DNA from: an uncultured Oscillospiraceae bacterium
GTDB taxonomy: Bacteria > Bacillota > Clostridia > Oscillospirales > Ruminococcaceae
Length of the DNA stretch: 62,477 nucleotides
Direction of reading: 5' to 3'
Assembly: GCA_910578965.1 (NCBI GenBank)
Contig: CAJTSP010000002.1
Span: 1-62,477, forward strand
Shown: in pieces, positions 33,640 through 44,174 of the stretch
How positions within the stretch are numbered: the stretch's first letter is position 1
Layout of the letters: the number at the start of each line of letters is the position of its first letter
Made by a program: the position numbers and the translations under genes
Notes under the pieces: generated by a model
Database searches by the model: none
Seen by the model: the letters and a program-made list of their open reading frames with translations, nothing else
What the model was told of the DNA's origin: nothing

Positions 33640-33786
33640 ACCTTGCTTCCCTTTCCCCTATATGGCTGCCCGGGCGGTGCGGGCCGGGTTGTGCATCCCA
33701 TGCCAGGCCCCTGCCCGCCTGGGCAGCCATATTGTATATTATACCAACAAAATACTATTTGGATATTAGCGCATCCGCAAAAGGGC

Positions 33787-35100
33787 CTATGGCCGGGCGG
33801 CAATCAGCGCCCGCAGGCAGCCGCCGCCGCCGCTGGGCAGGATCAGCACCCGCACCCCCAAGGCGCGCTCCAACTGCTGCACCGTGATGTCGTCCAAAAA
33901 GCGGTCGCGCTCATCCCGCAGCATGTTTTCGGGCACGCCTAGCAGCCGGCTGTGCAGCCTGCCCCTGCACTGGGCGATGATGTCGGTTGCGGTAACCAGC
34001 CCCGCAACGGCCACGTTGCCGCCAAAAAAATCGTTGCGGATGGGATGCACCCAAAGCGAGACGCCCCGGTGGATGCGGTGGACCGCCGCGGCAAGCTCAT
34101 GGATCAGCGGCGCGGCCATAGTGCCGGTGACAAGGTCGATCCGGCGGGGCACAAGCGGCGTTTTGCGCCGGGCCACAGCCAGCGCGGTTAAAAACTCCTC
34201 CCGGAAGCAGCGCCACATGCCCACCCCGTTTTCCAACTGGGGATACCCCTCGTAAAAAACCGCCGGCGGTATCGGCCGCCCGGCCAGCAGGTACCATTCG
34301 TCCCCTGGGTAGACCAGCCGGCTACCGCAGCGCCGTTTGCATGCATCGCCAGCCTCTTCCAGTATGTCCAGCACCGCACCCGCGCTGGCCGCATCGTATG
34401 GGGTAAGGGGGTAAAGCCCTTTGCGGTAGGCGGTAAGCCCGCTGGGCACCGCCGCAATGCTCTGCACCGCCGGGTACAGCCCGGCAAGGTCCCCAAGGGT
34501 ACGCCGCAGCGCCTCACCATCGTTGATGCCGCGGCAGAGCACCAACTGGCAGTTGAGCGCAATGCCTGCATCGGCAAACTCCTGCAGGTAGCCCAGCACC
34601 TCGCCCGCACGCTTGTTGGCCATCATCCGCACCCGTAGCGCAGGGTCGGTGGTGTGCACCGATACATTGATGGGGCTGATGTGCATCGCCTTGATGCGGT
34701 CTACCTCGCGCCGGTTCAGGTTGGTCAGGGTGATGTAGTTGCCAAACAAAAAGGATAGCCGTTCGTCATCGTCCTTAAAATACAGGCTCTCGCGCAGGCC
34801 GGGAGGCAACTGGTCGATAAAGCAGAACATGCAGTGGTTGGCACAGGAGTGCTTTTGGTCGATGAGGTAGGTGGCAAAGCTGCAGCCCAGCGGCTCGTAC
34901 TCGGCCTTTTGCACTGCCAGATAACGCAGCTTGCCCCCCATTGAGACGGCCAGAGAAAAATCGGCCGCAGCGGTGTAAAACTGGTAGTCCAGCATATCGT
35001 TGAGCTCATGCCCGTCTGCCGAGAGCAATACCGCCCCGGCCGAAAGGCCCAGCCTCTCGGCCACCGAGCCTTTGTCTACCGACTGTACGCGTACCGCCAT
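33787..35100 (-). CDS. DUF512 domain protein (PDZ + radical-SAM-like)
   Basis: N-terminal PDZ-like segment (VDKGSVAERLGLSAGAVLLSADG) and CANHCMFCFIDQLPPG. Sits in the conserved position upstream of der. Confidence 0.75.
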   Translation of the reverse strand: MAVRVQSVDKGSVAERLGLSAGAVLLSADGHELNDMLDYQFYTAAADFSLAVSMGGKLRYLAVQKAEYEPLGCSFATYLIDQKHSCANHCMFCFIDQLPPGLRESLYFKDDDERLSFLFGNYITLTNLNRREVDRIKAMHISPINVSVHTTDPALRVRMMANKRAGEVLGYLQEFADAGIALNCQLVLCRGINDGEALRRTLGDLAGLYPAVQSIAAVPSGLTAYRKGLYPLTPYDAASAGAVLDILEEAGDACKRRCGSRLVYPGDEWYLLAGRPIPPAVFYEGYPQLENGVGMWRCFREEFLTALAVARRKTPLVPRRIDLVTGTMAAPLIHELAAAVHRIHRGVSLWVHPIRNDFFGGNVAVAGLVTATDIIAQCRGRLHSRLLGVPENMLRDERDRFLDDITVQQLERALGVRVLILPSGGGGCLRALIAARP

Positions 35101-35354
35101 GGCCTCCTCCTTCTCCTATAGTTGGCCGCCCGGGCAGGCTTTTTATGCGCGTGGCTACGCAGAAGCCCACGCCGCCCTGCCCCCAAAAATACCGGTCCTG
35201 CGCAGCGGTTCTATAAAGGGGGCAAACCCGCAAATTTCTCTTGGGCGGCCTCTGCCGCCCCGCCAAAACCATCGCAATGCCAAAAGCCGCCCACGCCTGC
35301 CGTGATAAGAAAAAAGAGGAAGGCAAAGCGCCCTCCCCCCTTTTTTGGCCCTGC

Positions 35355-35537
35355 TCAGGCCTCTTTTTTGACGATTTCCTTGCCCTTGTAGTAGCCGCAG
35401 TTGCCGCATACCTGGTGGGGAAGTTTATACTCGCCGCACTGGCTGCATTTTACCAGCGCAGGAGCCTCCAGCTTCCACACAGAGGAGCGGCGTTTGTCGC
35501 GCCGTGCCTTGGAAACCTTTCTCTTGGGTACTGCCAT
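35355..35537 (-). CDS. rpmF: 50S ribosomal protein L32
   Basis: MAVPKRKVSKARRDKRRS...CSQCGEYKLPHQVCGNCGYY. Confidence 0.95.
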   Translation of the reverse strand: MAVPKRKVSKARRDKRRSSVWKLEAPALVKCSQCGEYKLPHQVCGNCGYYKGKEIVKKEA

Positions 35538-35560
35538 GTTAGCACCTCCTCATATGGGAA

Positions 35561-36061
35561 TCAATCGAGCAGTCTTTTCAAACCGGCCAGCCGCGGATCC
35601 GGGCTAGGGCCCTCCTGCGCAACGGCACAGCCGCAACCGGCCAGCCTGGGCCTGCCGCAAACCGGGCACAGGCCCTCGCAGCCCGGCCGGCAGAGCAACA
35701 GCGTCTCGGCCTCAAGCACAAGCTCCTGGTAAACCAGCTCGTCCAGCGGCAAAAGGCCACCAGGCAAAAGCGGGAGTTCCAGCTCGCCGCCGGCAAGGTC
35801 TGCCGGGCGCACCTGCCACTCACGGCAAAAGGCATATGGCCGCCTTGCGGGCGCAAGGCAGCGGGCACACTCCCCTGCCGTTTCGGCCTCGATCTCGCAG
35901 GTAAGGCGCGCACCCTCGGCGGTGGGCAAGGCGCAAAACCGCACCCGTGCCGGCGCCTCGACGCGATAGCCCGGGAAATCCCGCCCGGACAGGTCCAGCG
36001 AAAAAGCTGTTTGGTAAGGCGTACGGCCGCGTTCCAAAAAAGCTTTTAGGTCAAACTGCAT
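35561..36061 (-). CDS. YceD/DUF177 family protein
   Basis: ORF 35561..36088. GAGGTGG RBS before the ATG at 36061. C-terminal CRPGCEGLCPVCG metal motif. The classic yceD-rpmF pairing. Confidence 0.8.
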   Translation of the reverse strand: MQFDLKAFLERGRTPYQTAFSLDLSGRDFPGYRVEAPARVRFCALPTAEGARLTCEIEAETAGECARCLAPARRPYAFCREWQVRPADLAGGELELPLLPGGLLPLDELVYQELVLEAETLLLCRPGCEGLCPVCGRPRLAGCGCAVAQEGPSPDPRLAGLKRLLD

Positions 36062-36164
36062 GATCCACCTCTTGGGAGGGCATAACATCCCCCTGAAACG
36101 GCCGCCTACTCAGTATACCGAAACCGGCGCGCTTTGTCAACACAAAACCGGCAAGAAAAGTGCG

Positions 36165-36204
36165 AAAAAGCCGCCGATACGGGCCGTTTTACGGCCCGTA
36201 TCGG
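36165..36204 (-). terminator. intrinsic terminator after the mini P-loop gene
   Basis: 13-bp arms at 36174-86 and 36192-204, followed by a minus-strand T5 (plus-strand A5 at 36165-69). Confidence 0.7.
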
Positions 36205-36224
36205 CAAAAGCGCAAAATCGAAGG

Positions 36225-36629
36225 TTACAGGTGCTTTTTAACCGAGTCCGGCAGTTCCTCCTCGCTGGCCGAAACGGTCACGGTGACCTTTACCGAATCG
36301 CCGGCCTTAAGCTCGATAGCATCCAGTAGCTGGGCCAGCTTGTCAAAATCGCGCCCGACAATCTTGAGGATGCCGTCGATGTACAGCTCGGTAATGTCGT
36401 AATTGCCGGCCAGCACACCGCACACAAAGCCGTAAAACATCTCACCGCCAGCAATATTGTACTCGTCCACGTCGATCAGGCGGGCCTTATGAACAATGTC
36501 ATAGGTAAGCTTCATGGATTTCTCGATGACCACCACGTTGCCAGACGTCGTTTTGGCGGCGTGGTTGATCTGCTCGATGATCGTTTTGGTTTTACCAGAG
36601 CCTTTGGTACCAACTACCAGTTTGATCAT
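36225..36629 (-). CDS. small stand-alone P-loop NTPase-like protein (134 aa), uncharacterised
   Basis: ORF 36225..36665. AAAGGAGG RBS before the ATG at 36629. Walker A GTKGSGKT at residues 7-14. VVVIEKS is a possible Walker B. Confidence 0.7.
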   Translation of the reverse strand: MIKLVVGTKGSGKTKTIIEQINHAAKTTSGNVVVIEKSMKLTYDIVHKARLIDVDEYNIAGGEMFYGFVCGVLAGNYDITELYIDGILKIVGRDFDKLAQLLDAIELKAGDSVKVTVTVSASEEELPDSVKKHL

Positions 36630-36720
36630 GGGGTTACCTCCTTTAATTTTGCGCGTATTTCGCACCGCGGGCGCTCCCGCCGCGGCAGGGCTCTTTTAAG
36701 AGGATATGCACCGCCCGGGC

Positions 36721-38055
36721 TCAGCGCAGCTTTGCCTCAAGCTCGGCCTTTTGGGCCTCATAGCCAGGCTTGCCCAGCAGGGCAAACATGTTCTTTTTAT
36801 AGCTTTCTACCCCGGGCTGGTCAAAGGGGTTAACCCCCAGCAGATAGCCGCTGACGGCGCAGGCACGCTCAAAGAAATAGATCAGCCGGCCAAGGTTTTC
36901 TTCGTCCAGCCTGTCCACCTCTAAGAGGATATTGGGCACGCCGCCGTCGGTATGGGCCAGGATGGTGCCCTCCATTGCTTTGCGGTTCACCACGCTCATA
37001 TCCTGATCGGCCAGGAAGTTGAGGCCGTCAAAGTTTTCGGCGCTCTTTTCGATAAAGAGATCCTGCGCCGGCTCCCGGATATCCACCACCGTCTCAAACA
37101 TCAGCCGGGCGCCATCCTGCACAAACTGGCCCATCGAATGAAGATCGGTAGAAAAAATCACGCTGGCAGGCATCAAGCCCTTATGATCCTTGCCCTCGCT
37201 CTCGCCAAAGAGCTGCTTGTACCACTCGTTCATCAGGGTGAAGTTGGGCTCGTAGCAGGCCATCAGCTCCACCGATTTGCCCTTGCGGTAAAGGATGTTG
37301 CGGGCCGCGGCGTAACGGTAGCAGTCGTTTTCCGGCGAAAGGCGGCTGTAATCGGCCATAGCGGCGGCAGCGCCGGCCATGAGGCTGTCGATGTCGCAGC
37401 CCGCGCAGGCAATGGGCAAAAGGCCCACCGCGGTGAGCACCGAATAGCGGCCGCCCACATCGTCCGGCACCACAAAGGTCTGCCAGCCCTCGGCGTCAGC
37501 CAACTGCTTGAGGGTGCCGCGGGCTTTGTCGGTGGTGGCATAGATACGGCCCCTTGCCTCCTCCTTGCCCACCGTGTCCTCCAGATATTTCTTAAAGATG
37601 CGGAAAGCCAACGCCGGCTCGGTGGTGGTGCCGGATTTCGAGATAACATTAACGCTCACCCGCTTACCCTCGCAGCAGGCCAGGATGTCCCGCAGGTAGG
37701 CCGGCGAGATCGAGTTGCCCACAAAAAAGATCTGCGGGGTGGTTTTGGCGGTGCAGTTGTACATGCAGCCGCGCAGCGCCTCAATGGCCGCCCGCGCGCC
37801 CAGATAGCTACCGCCGATGCCAATGACCACCAGCACGTCGCTGTCGGCCATAATCTTGGCGGCAGCGGACTTGATGCGGCCAAACTCTTCCTTATCGTAG
37901 TCCCTGGGCAGGCTCGCCCAACCCAAAAAATCGTTGCCGGGACCGTTTTTTGCCTCCAGCAGCGCATGGGCCACCTCTACCTGCGGGTAAATGGCAGAAA
38001 ACTCTTCTTCCCGGATGAAACCCGCCAGATGCTTGCCGTTGAATCGGACACCCAT
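36721..38055 (-). CDS. pgi: glucose-6-phosphate isomerase
   Basis: ORF 36721..38283. GGAGGA RBS before the ATG at 38055. [20 protein letters not shown], and the bacterial short-PGI size of 444 aa. Confidence 0.9.
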   Translation of the reverse strand: MGVRFNGKHLAGFIREEEFSAIYPQVEVAHALLEAKNGPGNDFLGWASLPRDYDKEEFGRIKSAAAKIMADSDVLVVIGIGGSYLGARAAIEALRGCMYNCTAKTTPQIFFVGNSISPAYLRDILACCEGKRVSVNVISKSGTTTEPALAFRIFKKYLEDTVGKEEARGRIYATTDKARGTLKQLADAEGWQTFVVPDDVGGRYSVLTAVGLLPIACAGCDIDSLMAGAAAAMADYSRLSPENDCYRYAAARNILYRKGKSVELMACYEPNFTLMNEWYKQLFGESEGKDHKGLMPASVIFSTDLHSMGQFVQDGARLMFETVVDIREPAQDLFIEKSAENFDGLNFLADQDMSVVNRKAMEGTILAHTDGGVPNILLEVDRLDEENLGRLIYFFERACAVSGYLLGVNPFDQPGVESYKKNMFALLGKPGYEAQKAELEAKLR

Positions 38056-38299
38056 TGACAATTCCTCCAATTGTACTGCGGGGCCTCCCAAAAGCCCCCC
38101 GCGCGCCCGGCAAAACCAAAGGCGGGCGGGCACGGGCCCCTTTTGTTTTGTTATTATAACTATACCTTTTTGCAGGGTTGCTGTCAAGGCGAAAGCGGGC
38201 GGCAAAAAAGCACGCCCAAAAGGGCGTTTGCGGGCAAAGGCAGCCCTTTTTAGCTGTACCTGCGCCATTATTTTGACCGGCACTTAGGCCGTGCGCGGC

Positions 38300-38332
38300 A
38301 AAAAAAGCAGCGCGGTACGCGCTGCTTTTTTT
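38300..38332 (-). terminator. bidirectional-looking intrinsic terminator after the carboxypeptidase gene
   Basis: aaaaaaaGCAGCGCGgtaCGCGCTGCttttttt at 38300-38332. Confidence 0.8.
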
Positions 38333-38375
38333 GCCGCGGAATACTTTATTGAGCCGCCCTGACGCGCCCTGCAGA

Positions 38376-39566
38376 TCAGAGCACCAAAAGGGCCTCAATC
38401 AGCCGGCGCAGGCTAAGGGCAAAATCCATGCGGGCCACCCCTTCGGCCGCGGTAACCGGGTATTCGCCCAGCAGTGTCCCGCCGGCCAGCACCCGAACGC
38501 TGCCAACCGGCTGGCCGGCCTCTATGGGCGCCTCCAGTGTTTCGGGCAGTTGCATCTCAACGGTCAGCGACGCCCCCTCCCCTTTTTTGAGAAGCAGCCG
38601 GCCGGGTAGCTGGTAAGAGAGGCCGACCTGCTCGGCCCCGCCCCGGCGCACCGGCAGGGCCTGGGGCGCTGAGTCCGGCAGGCTGGCCGCGCCGCTCTCA
38701 AAATTGGCAAAGCCGTAATCGAGCAGGGCGGTGGCGGCGGCAAACCGATCCTCGCTGGAGGGGCTGCCCAGCACCACCGCAATCAGCGAAAGTCCGTCCC
38801 GGGTGGCACTGGCCGAAATGCAGACCCCGGCCCCGCTGGTGGTGCCGGTTTTTAGGCCGGTAATACCCGCGTAGCGCCGTAGCAGCTTGTTGGTGTTGAT
38901 AATCTGGGTCTGCCCGCCGCGCAGGGAATCCATCCAGATGGTGGTGTACTGGGTAACCTCGCTGTGGTGGGTGAGCATCTCTCGGCTCATCACGGCCACG
39001 TCCCGCGCGGTGGACACATGGCCTGCCCGGTCCAGCCCGCAGGCATTCTCAAAATGGGTGGAACTCATGCCCAGCTCCTGCGCCTTCTGGTTCATCATTT
39101 CCACAAACACCGGCTCGGAACCGCCGATCATCTCGGCAACCGCCACCGCCGCATCGTTGGCGCTGGACACGCAGATGGCCTTAAGCATCTCGTCGAGGGT
39201 AAACTGCTCGCCCGGCTCCAGCCAAATCTGGCTGCCACCCATATTGTAAGCATGCTCGGACACCGGTACCGTGTCGGACAGACTGACCCTGCCGGCCTCC
39301 AACGCCTCGAAGGTCAGCAGCAGGGTCATCACCTTGGTAATGGAGGCGATGGGCACCGGCATATCCGGTTCCTTTTCGTACAGGACGGCGCCGGTCGCCT
39401 GGTCGATAAGAATCGCGGCACGGCAGGGCACGTCAAAGGCGGGCAGTTCAAAGCGGGAGGTCTGCACCGCGCCGTCCTCGGCATAAACAGACAGGGCCAG
39501 CGCCGCCGCCAGCGCCAGGATAAGCGCCAGCGCCGCCGCGCGGCGGGCGGAATGTCGCTTTTGCAT
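38376..39566 (-). CDS. D-alanyl-D-alanine carboxypeptidase (PBP5/DacB-type serine peptidase S11)
   Basis: ORF 38376..39704; internal ATG at 39566. Signal peptide, SITKVMT (SxxK), SSAND (SxN), KTGTT (KTG). Confidence 0.9.
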   Translation of the reverse strand: MQKRHSARRAAALALILALAAALALSVYAEDGAVQTSRFELPAFDVPCRAAILIDQATGAVLYEKEPDMPVPIASITKVMTLLLTFEALEAGRVSLSDTVPVSEHAYNMGGSQIWLEPGEQFTLDEMLKAICVSSANDAAVAVAEMIGGSEPVFVEMMNQKAQELGMSSTHFENACGLDRAGHVSTARDVAVMSREMLTHHSEVTQYTTIWMDSLRGGQTQIINTNKLLRRYAGITGLKTGTTSGAGVCISASATRDGLSLIAVVLGSPSSEDRFAAATALLDYGFANFESGAASLPDSAPQALPVRRGGAEQVGLSYQLPGRLLLKKGEGASLTVEMQLPETLEAPIEAGQPVGSVRVLAGGTLLGEYPVTAAEGVARMDFALSLRRLIEALLVL

Positions 39567-39804
39567 CGGGATTCCTTCCTTCCACGAGATACTATTTGTC
39601 CAAAGTATATGCCGCCGCACGGGGAAATATTTTTTCAAAAAACGAAAGCCCGCCAAGCGCCTGCCCTGCCGGCCGCCCCGGCTGGACATGCGCCGCGCCG
39701 GCATGGTATACTCAAAGCAAGGCCCACGGCCTCCGCGCGGGGCTGCCTCCCTCTTTACCCGCCCGCTTTTTGCAACCTGACCTGAAAGGAAGGGACCCCC
39801 TTTT

Positions 39805-41127
39805 ATGCGCGTCCGTTTTTACACCCTGGGCTGCAAGGTAAACCAGCATGAGACCGGCGCGCTGGCCCGGCTTTTTTGCGCCAGCGGCTATGTCCTGGCC
39901 GGGCAACACGAGCCGGCCGACGTGTATGTGGTAAATAGCTGTACCGTAACGGCCGGCGGCGACAAAAAAAGCCGGCAGTGGCTACGCCGCGCCCGGCGGG
40001 AAAACCCCGGCGCGGTAACCGTGTTGGCCGGATGCTACCCGCAGGCGTTTCCCGGGGAGGCCGCCGCAGTGGCCGAAGCGGATGTAGTAACGGGCAACGC
40101 CGACCGGGCGGGGCTTTTGCGGGCGGTGCAAAGGGCGCTGGACACCGGCGAGCGGGTGGTGGATATCCGCCCGCATACCAGGGGCGAAGCCTTTGAGGAG
40201 CTGCCCATCGACCGGCCGCTGGGCCACACCCGGGCCTTTATTAAGGTGGAGGACGGCTGCAACCGGCAGTGCGCCTATTGCGTGATACCCCGCGCGCGCG
40301 GGCTTGTGCGCAGCCGCAGCCGCCAAAACGTGCTGGAGGAGCTGCGCGCCCTCGCCCAAAACGGCTGCCGTGAGGTCGTGTTCTCCGGCATCAACCTGCC
40401 CAGCTACGGGCTGGACACCGGCGACGACCTGGCCGGGCTGGTGGAGGCCGCCGCCGGCGTGGAGGGCATTTGTCGTATCCGGCTGAGCAGCCTGGAGCCG
40501 GACCTCCTGCCGCCGGACACCATTGCCCGGCTGGCTGCGGTACAAAAGCTCTGCCCCCAGTTCCACCTCTCGCTGCAAAGCGGCTGTACCGCCACCCTGC
40601 GCCGGATGCGCCGGGTGTACACGGCCGAAGAGTACGCTGCGGTGGCCGGGGCCCTGCGCAGCGCCTTTGGCGGGCATGCCAGCCTGACCACCGACGTGAT
40701 CGTGGGCTTCCCCGGTGAAAATGAGGAGGAGTTTTGTGAAAGCCTTGCCTTTGTGCGGGCGATGCGCTTTTTGAAGGTACACGTCTTTCCCTATTCGGCC
40801 CGGCCGGGTACTCCGGCGGCAGCGTTTCCTCAGCAGGTGCCAGAGGCCGAAAAGGCTGCCCGGGTGCACCGGATGCAGCAGGCGGCAGACGAGGTGCGGG
40901 CAGAGCTCATCCGCGGCATGGCGGGCGAGAGGGCCGAGGTTTTGCTGGAGGCTTCTTTTTCCGGCACCCTGTTTACCGGCTATACCCGCCGGTACGTACC
41001 GGTGGCGGTAAACGCACCGGGCTGCAAAAAGGGCGAGATTGTACAGGCGGTGCTCGGCGAATGGGACGGCGAGCGCTGCCGCGCCCGGTTTGAAAAGCCT
41101 TTGCAGCCGCACCGCCCCAAAAATTGA
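39805..41127 (+). CDS. mtaB: tRNA t6A37 methylthiotransferase MtaB (radical SAM)
   Basis: FYTLGCKVNQHE N-terminus, CNRQCAYCVIP radical-SAM cluster, TRAM-like C-terminus. Confidence 0.85.
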   Translation: MRVRFYTLGCKVNQHETGALARLFCASGYVLAGQHEPADVYVVNSCTVTAGGDKKSRQWLRRARRENPGAVTVLAGCYPQAFPGEAAAVAEADVVTGNADRAGLLRAVQRALDTGERVVDIRPHTRGEAFEELPIDRPLGHTRAFIKVEDGCNRQCAYCVIPRARGLVRSRSRQNVLEELRALAQNGCREVVFSGINLPSYGLDTGDDLAGLVEAAAGVEGICRIRLSSLEPDLLPPDTIARLAAVQKLCPQFHLSLQSGCTATLRRMRRVYTAEEYAAVAGALRSAFGGHASLTTDVIVGFPGENEEEFCESLAFVRAMRFLKVHVFPYSARPGTPAAAFPQQVPEAEKAARVHRMQQAADEVRAELIRGMAGERAEVLLEASFSGTLFTGYTRRYVPVAVNAPGCKKGEIVQAVLGEWDGERCRARFEKPLQPHRPKN

Positions 41128-41503
41128 CCCGGCCGCGCGGAAGGCTTTGCTGCCGTACCCTCCTTGCCCTCCTGCGGCAAAGGCGCTGTACGGCCGTAAT
41201 GCCCCCACGGTAAACGGGCCGGGCGACCATATCGCCCGCAGCCCGCAAACCGCCTTGCCTCGTTGGGGGCGCCTGCCGGCATTTTTTGCTGCTTTTGGCG
41301 GCAGGCTGCCGTTTTTGCCACATTTCGCGGTGGTTTTTTTACTCTGCCATATTGCTCTTTTGCGGTAAGTATGTTATTGTTTTGACAGGCAGCGCGGCAT
41401 TGCCGGACGGCCCGCGGGGGGTCTTTGCAATCCGCCGTACAGACACAGGACCAATGGGGCACGCGCCCGGGCGGGGCGTCCCCGGAAGGGAGCGCATTGA
41501 TTT

Positions 41504-43021
41504 ATGAGAGGGATCTATACATCGGTAACCGACATCCGCCGCAAGGTGTTTACCGAGGTAGCGCGGATGTCCTACGAGGGCGGCGATTACGCCGATTACG
41601 CCAAGCAGATCAGTAAGCTGCCCTTTAAGATCATCCCGGGCGAGGTGAGCCGCCTGCGTGAGAGCATTTTTTTGGAGCGGGCTATCGTGTCCGAGCGCAT
41701 CCGGCTGGCCATGGGCCTCTCGCTGCGGCCCATCAACGAGCAGGCCCCGGCCACCGAGGGCCTGGAGCACAGCGTAATTGCGGATAAATACTATGACCCG
41801 CCGCTGATCAACATCATCAAATTTGCCTGCAACCGCTGCCCCGAAAAGCTGGTAAAGGTAACCCCCATGTGCCAGCGGTGCCTGGCCCACCCCTGTGTGG
41901 AGGTCTGCCCCAAAAAGGCGGTGGATTTCCGCAACGGGCGCAGCCACATCGACCAGGACAAGTGCATCAAGTGCGGCAAATGCGTAGACGCTTGCCCCTA
42001 CCACGCCATTGTTAAGATGGAACGGCCCTGTGCCGCCGCCTGTGGCATGAACGCCATCCACTCGGACGATCTGGGCCGTGCCGAAATCGATTACGACCGC
42101 TGTGTTTCCTGCGGGATGTGCCTGGTAAACTGCCCGTTTGGCGCCATTGTGGACAAGGGGCAGATTTTCCAATTGATCCAGTCGATCAAGCGGGGAGACC
42201 AGGTATACGCCATTGTGGCCCCTGCCTTTGTGGGGCAGTTCCCCGGCCTGACGCCGGACAAGCTGCGGGCCGCGATGCAGCAACTGGGCTTTGCCAATAC
42301 GGTAGAGGTGGCGGTGGGCGCCGATCTGTGCACCATCGAGGAAGCCAAGGACTTTTTGCGCGAGGTCCCCGAGCACCAGCCCTTTATGGCCACTAGCTGC
42401 TGCCCAAGCTGGAGCGTGATGGCCAAAAAGCTTTTCCCCGAGATGGCAAGCTATATCAGCATGGCGCTGACCCCCATGGTGCTCACCGCGCGGCTGGTAA
42501 AAAAGAAATATCCCGGCTGCCGGGTGGCCTTTATTGGGCCCTGTGCCGCCAAAAAGCTGGAGGCCAGCCGCCGCACCATCCGCAGCGACGTGGATTTTGT
42601 TTTGACCTTTGAGGAACTGATGGGCCTGTTTGAGGCACGCGAGGTCAACTTTGACGACCTTGAGGTGACCACCGAGATGAAGGAAGGCACCGCCGCGGGC
42701 CGCGGCTTTGCCGTAAGCGGCGGGGTAGCCCAGGCTGTGGCCGACACCATCCACCAGTGGGAGCCGGACCGTGAGGTAAAGATCGCCAGCGCCCAGGGCC
42801 TTGCCGAGTGCAAAAAAATGCTCACCCTGGCCCGTGCCGGCAAGTACAACGGTTACCTGCTGGAGGGAATGGGCTGCCCCGGCGGATGCATGGGCGGCGC
42901 GGGCACCCTGGCCGACCCGGCCCGGGCCGCGGCCGAGCTGGCCAAGTACAAGAAGACCGCCCCGATGCAGAACGCCACCGAGAGCCCCTACGAAATCAGT
43001 CTTTCGATGCTGAGCGAGTAA
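41504..43021 (+). CDS. [FeFe]-hydrogenase-like protein (ferredoxin-type clusters + H-cluster domain)
   Basis: CIKCGKCVDACP and CVSCGMCLVNCP 4Fe-4S motifs. H-cluster signatures TSCCPSW, GPCAAKK, EGMGCPGGCMGG. Confidence 0.85.
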   Translation: MRGIYTSVTDIRRKVFTEVARMSYEGGDYADYAKQISKLPFKIIPGEVSRLRESIFLERAIVSERIRLAMGLSLRPINEQAPATEGLEHSVIADKYYDPPLINIIKFACNRCPEKLVKVTPMCQRCLAHPCVEVCPKKAVDFRNGRSHIDQDKCIKCGKCVDACPYHAIVKMERPCAAACGMNAIHSDDLGRAEIDYDRCVSCGMCLVNCPFGAIVDKGQIFQLIQSIKRGDQVYAIVAPAFVGQFPGLTPDKLRAAMQQLGFANTVEVAVGADLCTIEEAKDFLREVPEHQPFMATSCCPSWSVMAKKLFPEMASYISMALTPMVLTARLVKKKYPGCRVAFIGPCAAKKLEASRRTIRSDVDFVLTFEELMGLFEAREVNFDDLEVTTEMKEGTAAGRGFAVSGGVAQAVADTIHQWEPDREVKIASAQGLAECKKMLTLARAGKYNGYLLEGMGCPGGCMGGAGTLADPARAAAELAKYKKTAPMQNATESPYEISLSMLSE

Positions 43022-43045
43022 CCTGTACCCTGCCTGTAAGGACGC

Positions 43046-43091
43046 GGCGCCCCCGACCGGTTTCACCGGCCGGGGGCGCCCTTTCCTTTTG
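43046..43091 (+). terminator. intrinsic terminator after the hydrogenase gene
   Basis: 15-nt arms ggcgcccccgaccgg (43046-60) and ccggccgggggcgcc (43066-80, one internal mismatch), then cTTTccTTTT. Confidence 0.75.
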
Positions 43092-43163
43092 ATTTGCGGC
43101 CCCGCCGCGGGCCTTCAGTAAGCAGGCAGGGCCACAGGGGCGGAAACGCCGTTTTTTGCACAC

Positions 43164-44171
43164 CTATGCCCGCTTATTTTGCCGCGCACAGAGCAACACA
43201 TACCCGGCAAACCATACAATCCCATGAACCGTTAAAATACCCGCGGCCTTTGCCGCCTCTGCCGTATCCCCCCAAGATAGGGCCAGAATCCCTGCAAAGG
43301 CGGGCTGAGAAGGGACGATATTGCAAAGGACCGCCAGCGGCCCGCTCACCCCGGCCAGGGTGCATACGATCGGTACTGCGATAAACACAAGCATAACGAT
43401 CTTGATACAGGCCACGCCGGTCATCAGCCCCTCAGAGAGCCTGCCGATGAACAGGCCAATCAGCGCCGCCACAAAGGAGGACGGAACGACCAGCGCCAAT
43501 ATAATCCCAAAGCCCCGCCAGGACCATTGGAAGCAGATGCACGCCGTCACAACAGACGACAGGCCCCCAAAGAAAAATCCCACCGCGATTTTCTGCAAAA
43601 CATACCGCCCGGGCGTCATGGGCAAAATCTCGTTGATAAAGGCCACACCGTCCTCTTTTTCGGATATGATATTCATGGCGTTGAAGGTACAGCCCATGAA
43701 CATGGCCACCATCAGTACAGCGGGGATAAAAATGCCTTGGAGGCTTTTTAAAATGTCCGGGCGCTCCAGTGTCAACACTTCCGCCCGCCCCGCCGCTTCC
43801 CGCCGCTCATAGAGGGCAGGGAGAGTGGCTGCCGCCTGCCGGAAAATTTCCAGCTCATCCCCGCTGACCGAAGTTTTGAGGCTGTCCCCGTCCGCCTGCA
43901 CGCCAATGACATTGGTAGATGGCTCTTTGACCGCATCGGCCAGTTCCTTCTGGGTCGCATACGCTGTTACCGGGCCGTATCGCTCCAGCCATGCAACCGC
44001 CTGCGGGGGCAGGTCGTTTTCCAGCACGCCAAAGTGCAGCTCGCCCAGGCTGGACAGATCAATGGAACCCATAAAATTCAATGCCACGGCAACCAGGATG
44101 GGCAGCAGGAAGGTCATCAGGCAGAACTTATCCCGCAGGACACTTTTTAGCTGATATTGTAAGCCCTTCAC
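43164..44171 (-). CDS. ABC-2 family transporter permease
   Basis: 335 aa. N-terminal TM, a large loop, then a cluster of C-terminal TMs. Confidence 0.7.
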   Translation of the reverse strand: MKGLQYQLKSVLRDKFCLMTFLLPILVAVALNFMGSIDLSSLGELHFGVLENDLPPQAVAWLERYGPVTAYATQKELADAVKEPSTNVIGVQADGDSLKTSVSGDELEIFRQAAATLPALYERREAAGRAEVLTLERPDILKSLQGIFIPAVLMVAMFMGCTFNAMNIISEKEDGVAFINEILPMTPGRYVLQKIAVGFFFGGLSSVVTACICFQWSWRGFGIILALVVPSSFVAALIGLFIGRLSEGLMTGVACIKIVMLVFIAVPIVCTLAGVSGPLAVLCNIVPSQPAFAGILALSWGDTAEAAKAAGILTVHGIVWFAGYVLLCARQNKRA

Positions 44172-44174
44172 GCC

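Noticed and set aside
41339-43066. 575-aa minus-strand ORF opposite the hydrogenase gene
   Set aside because: Antisense shadow of a gene with clear H-cluster motifs. The translation is low-complexity and Gly/Ala/Leu/His-rich.
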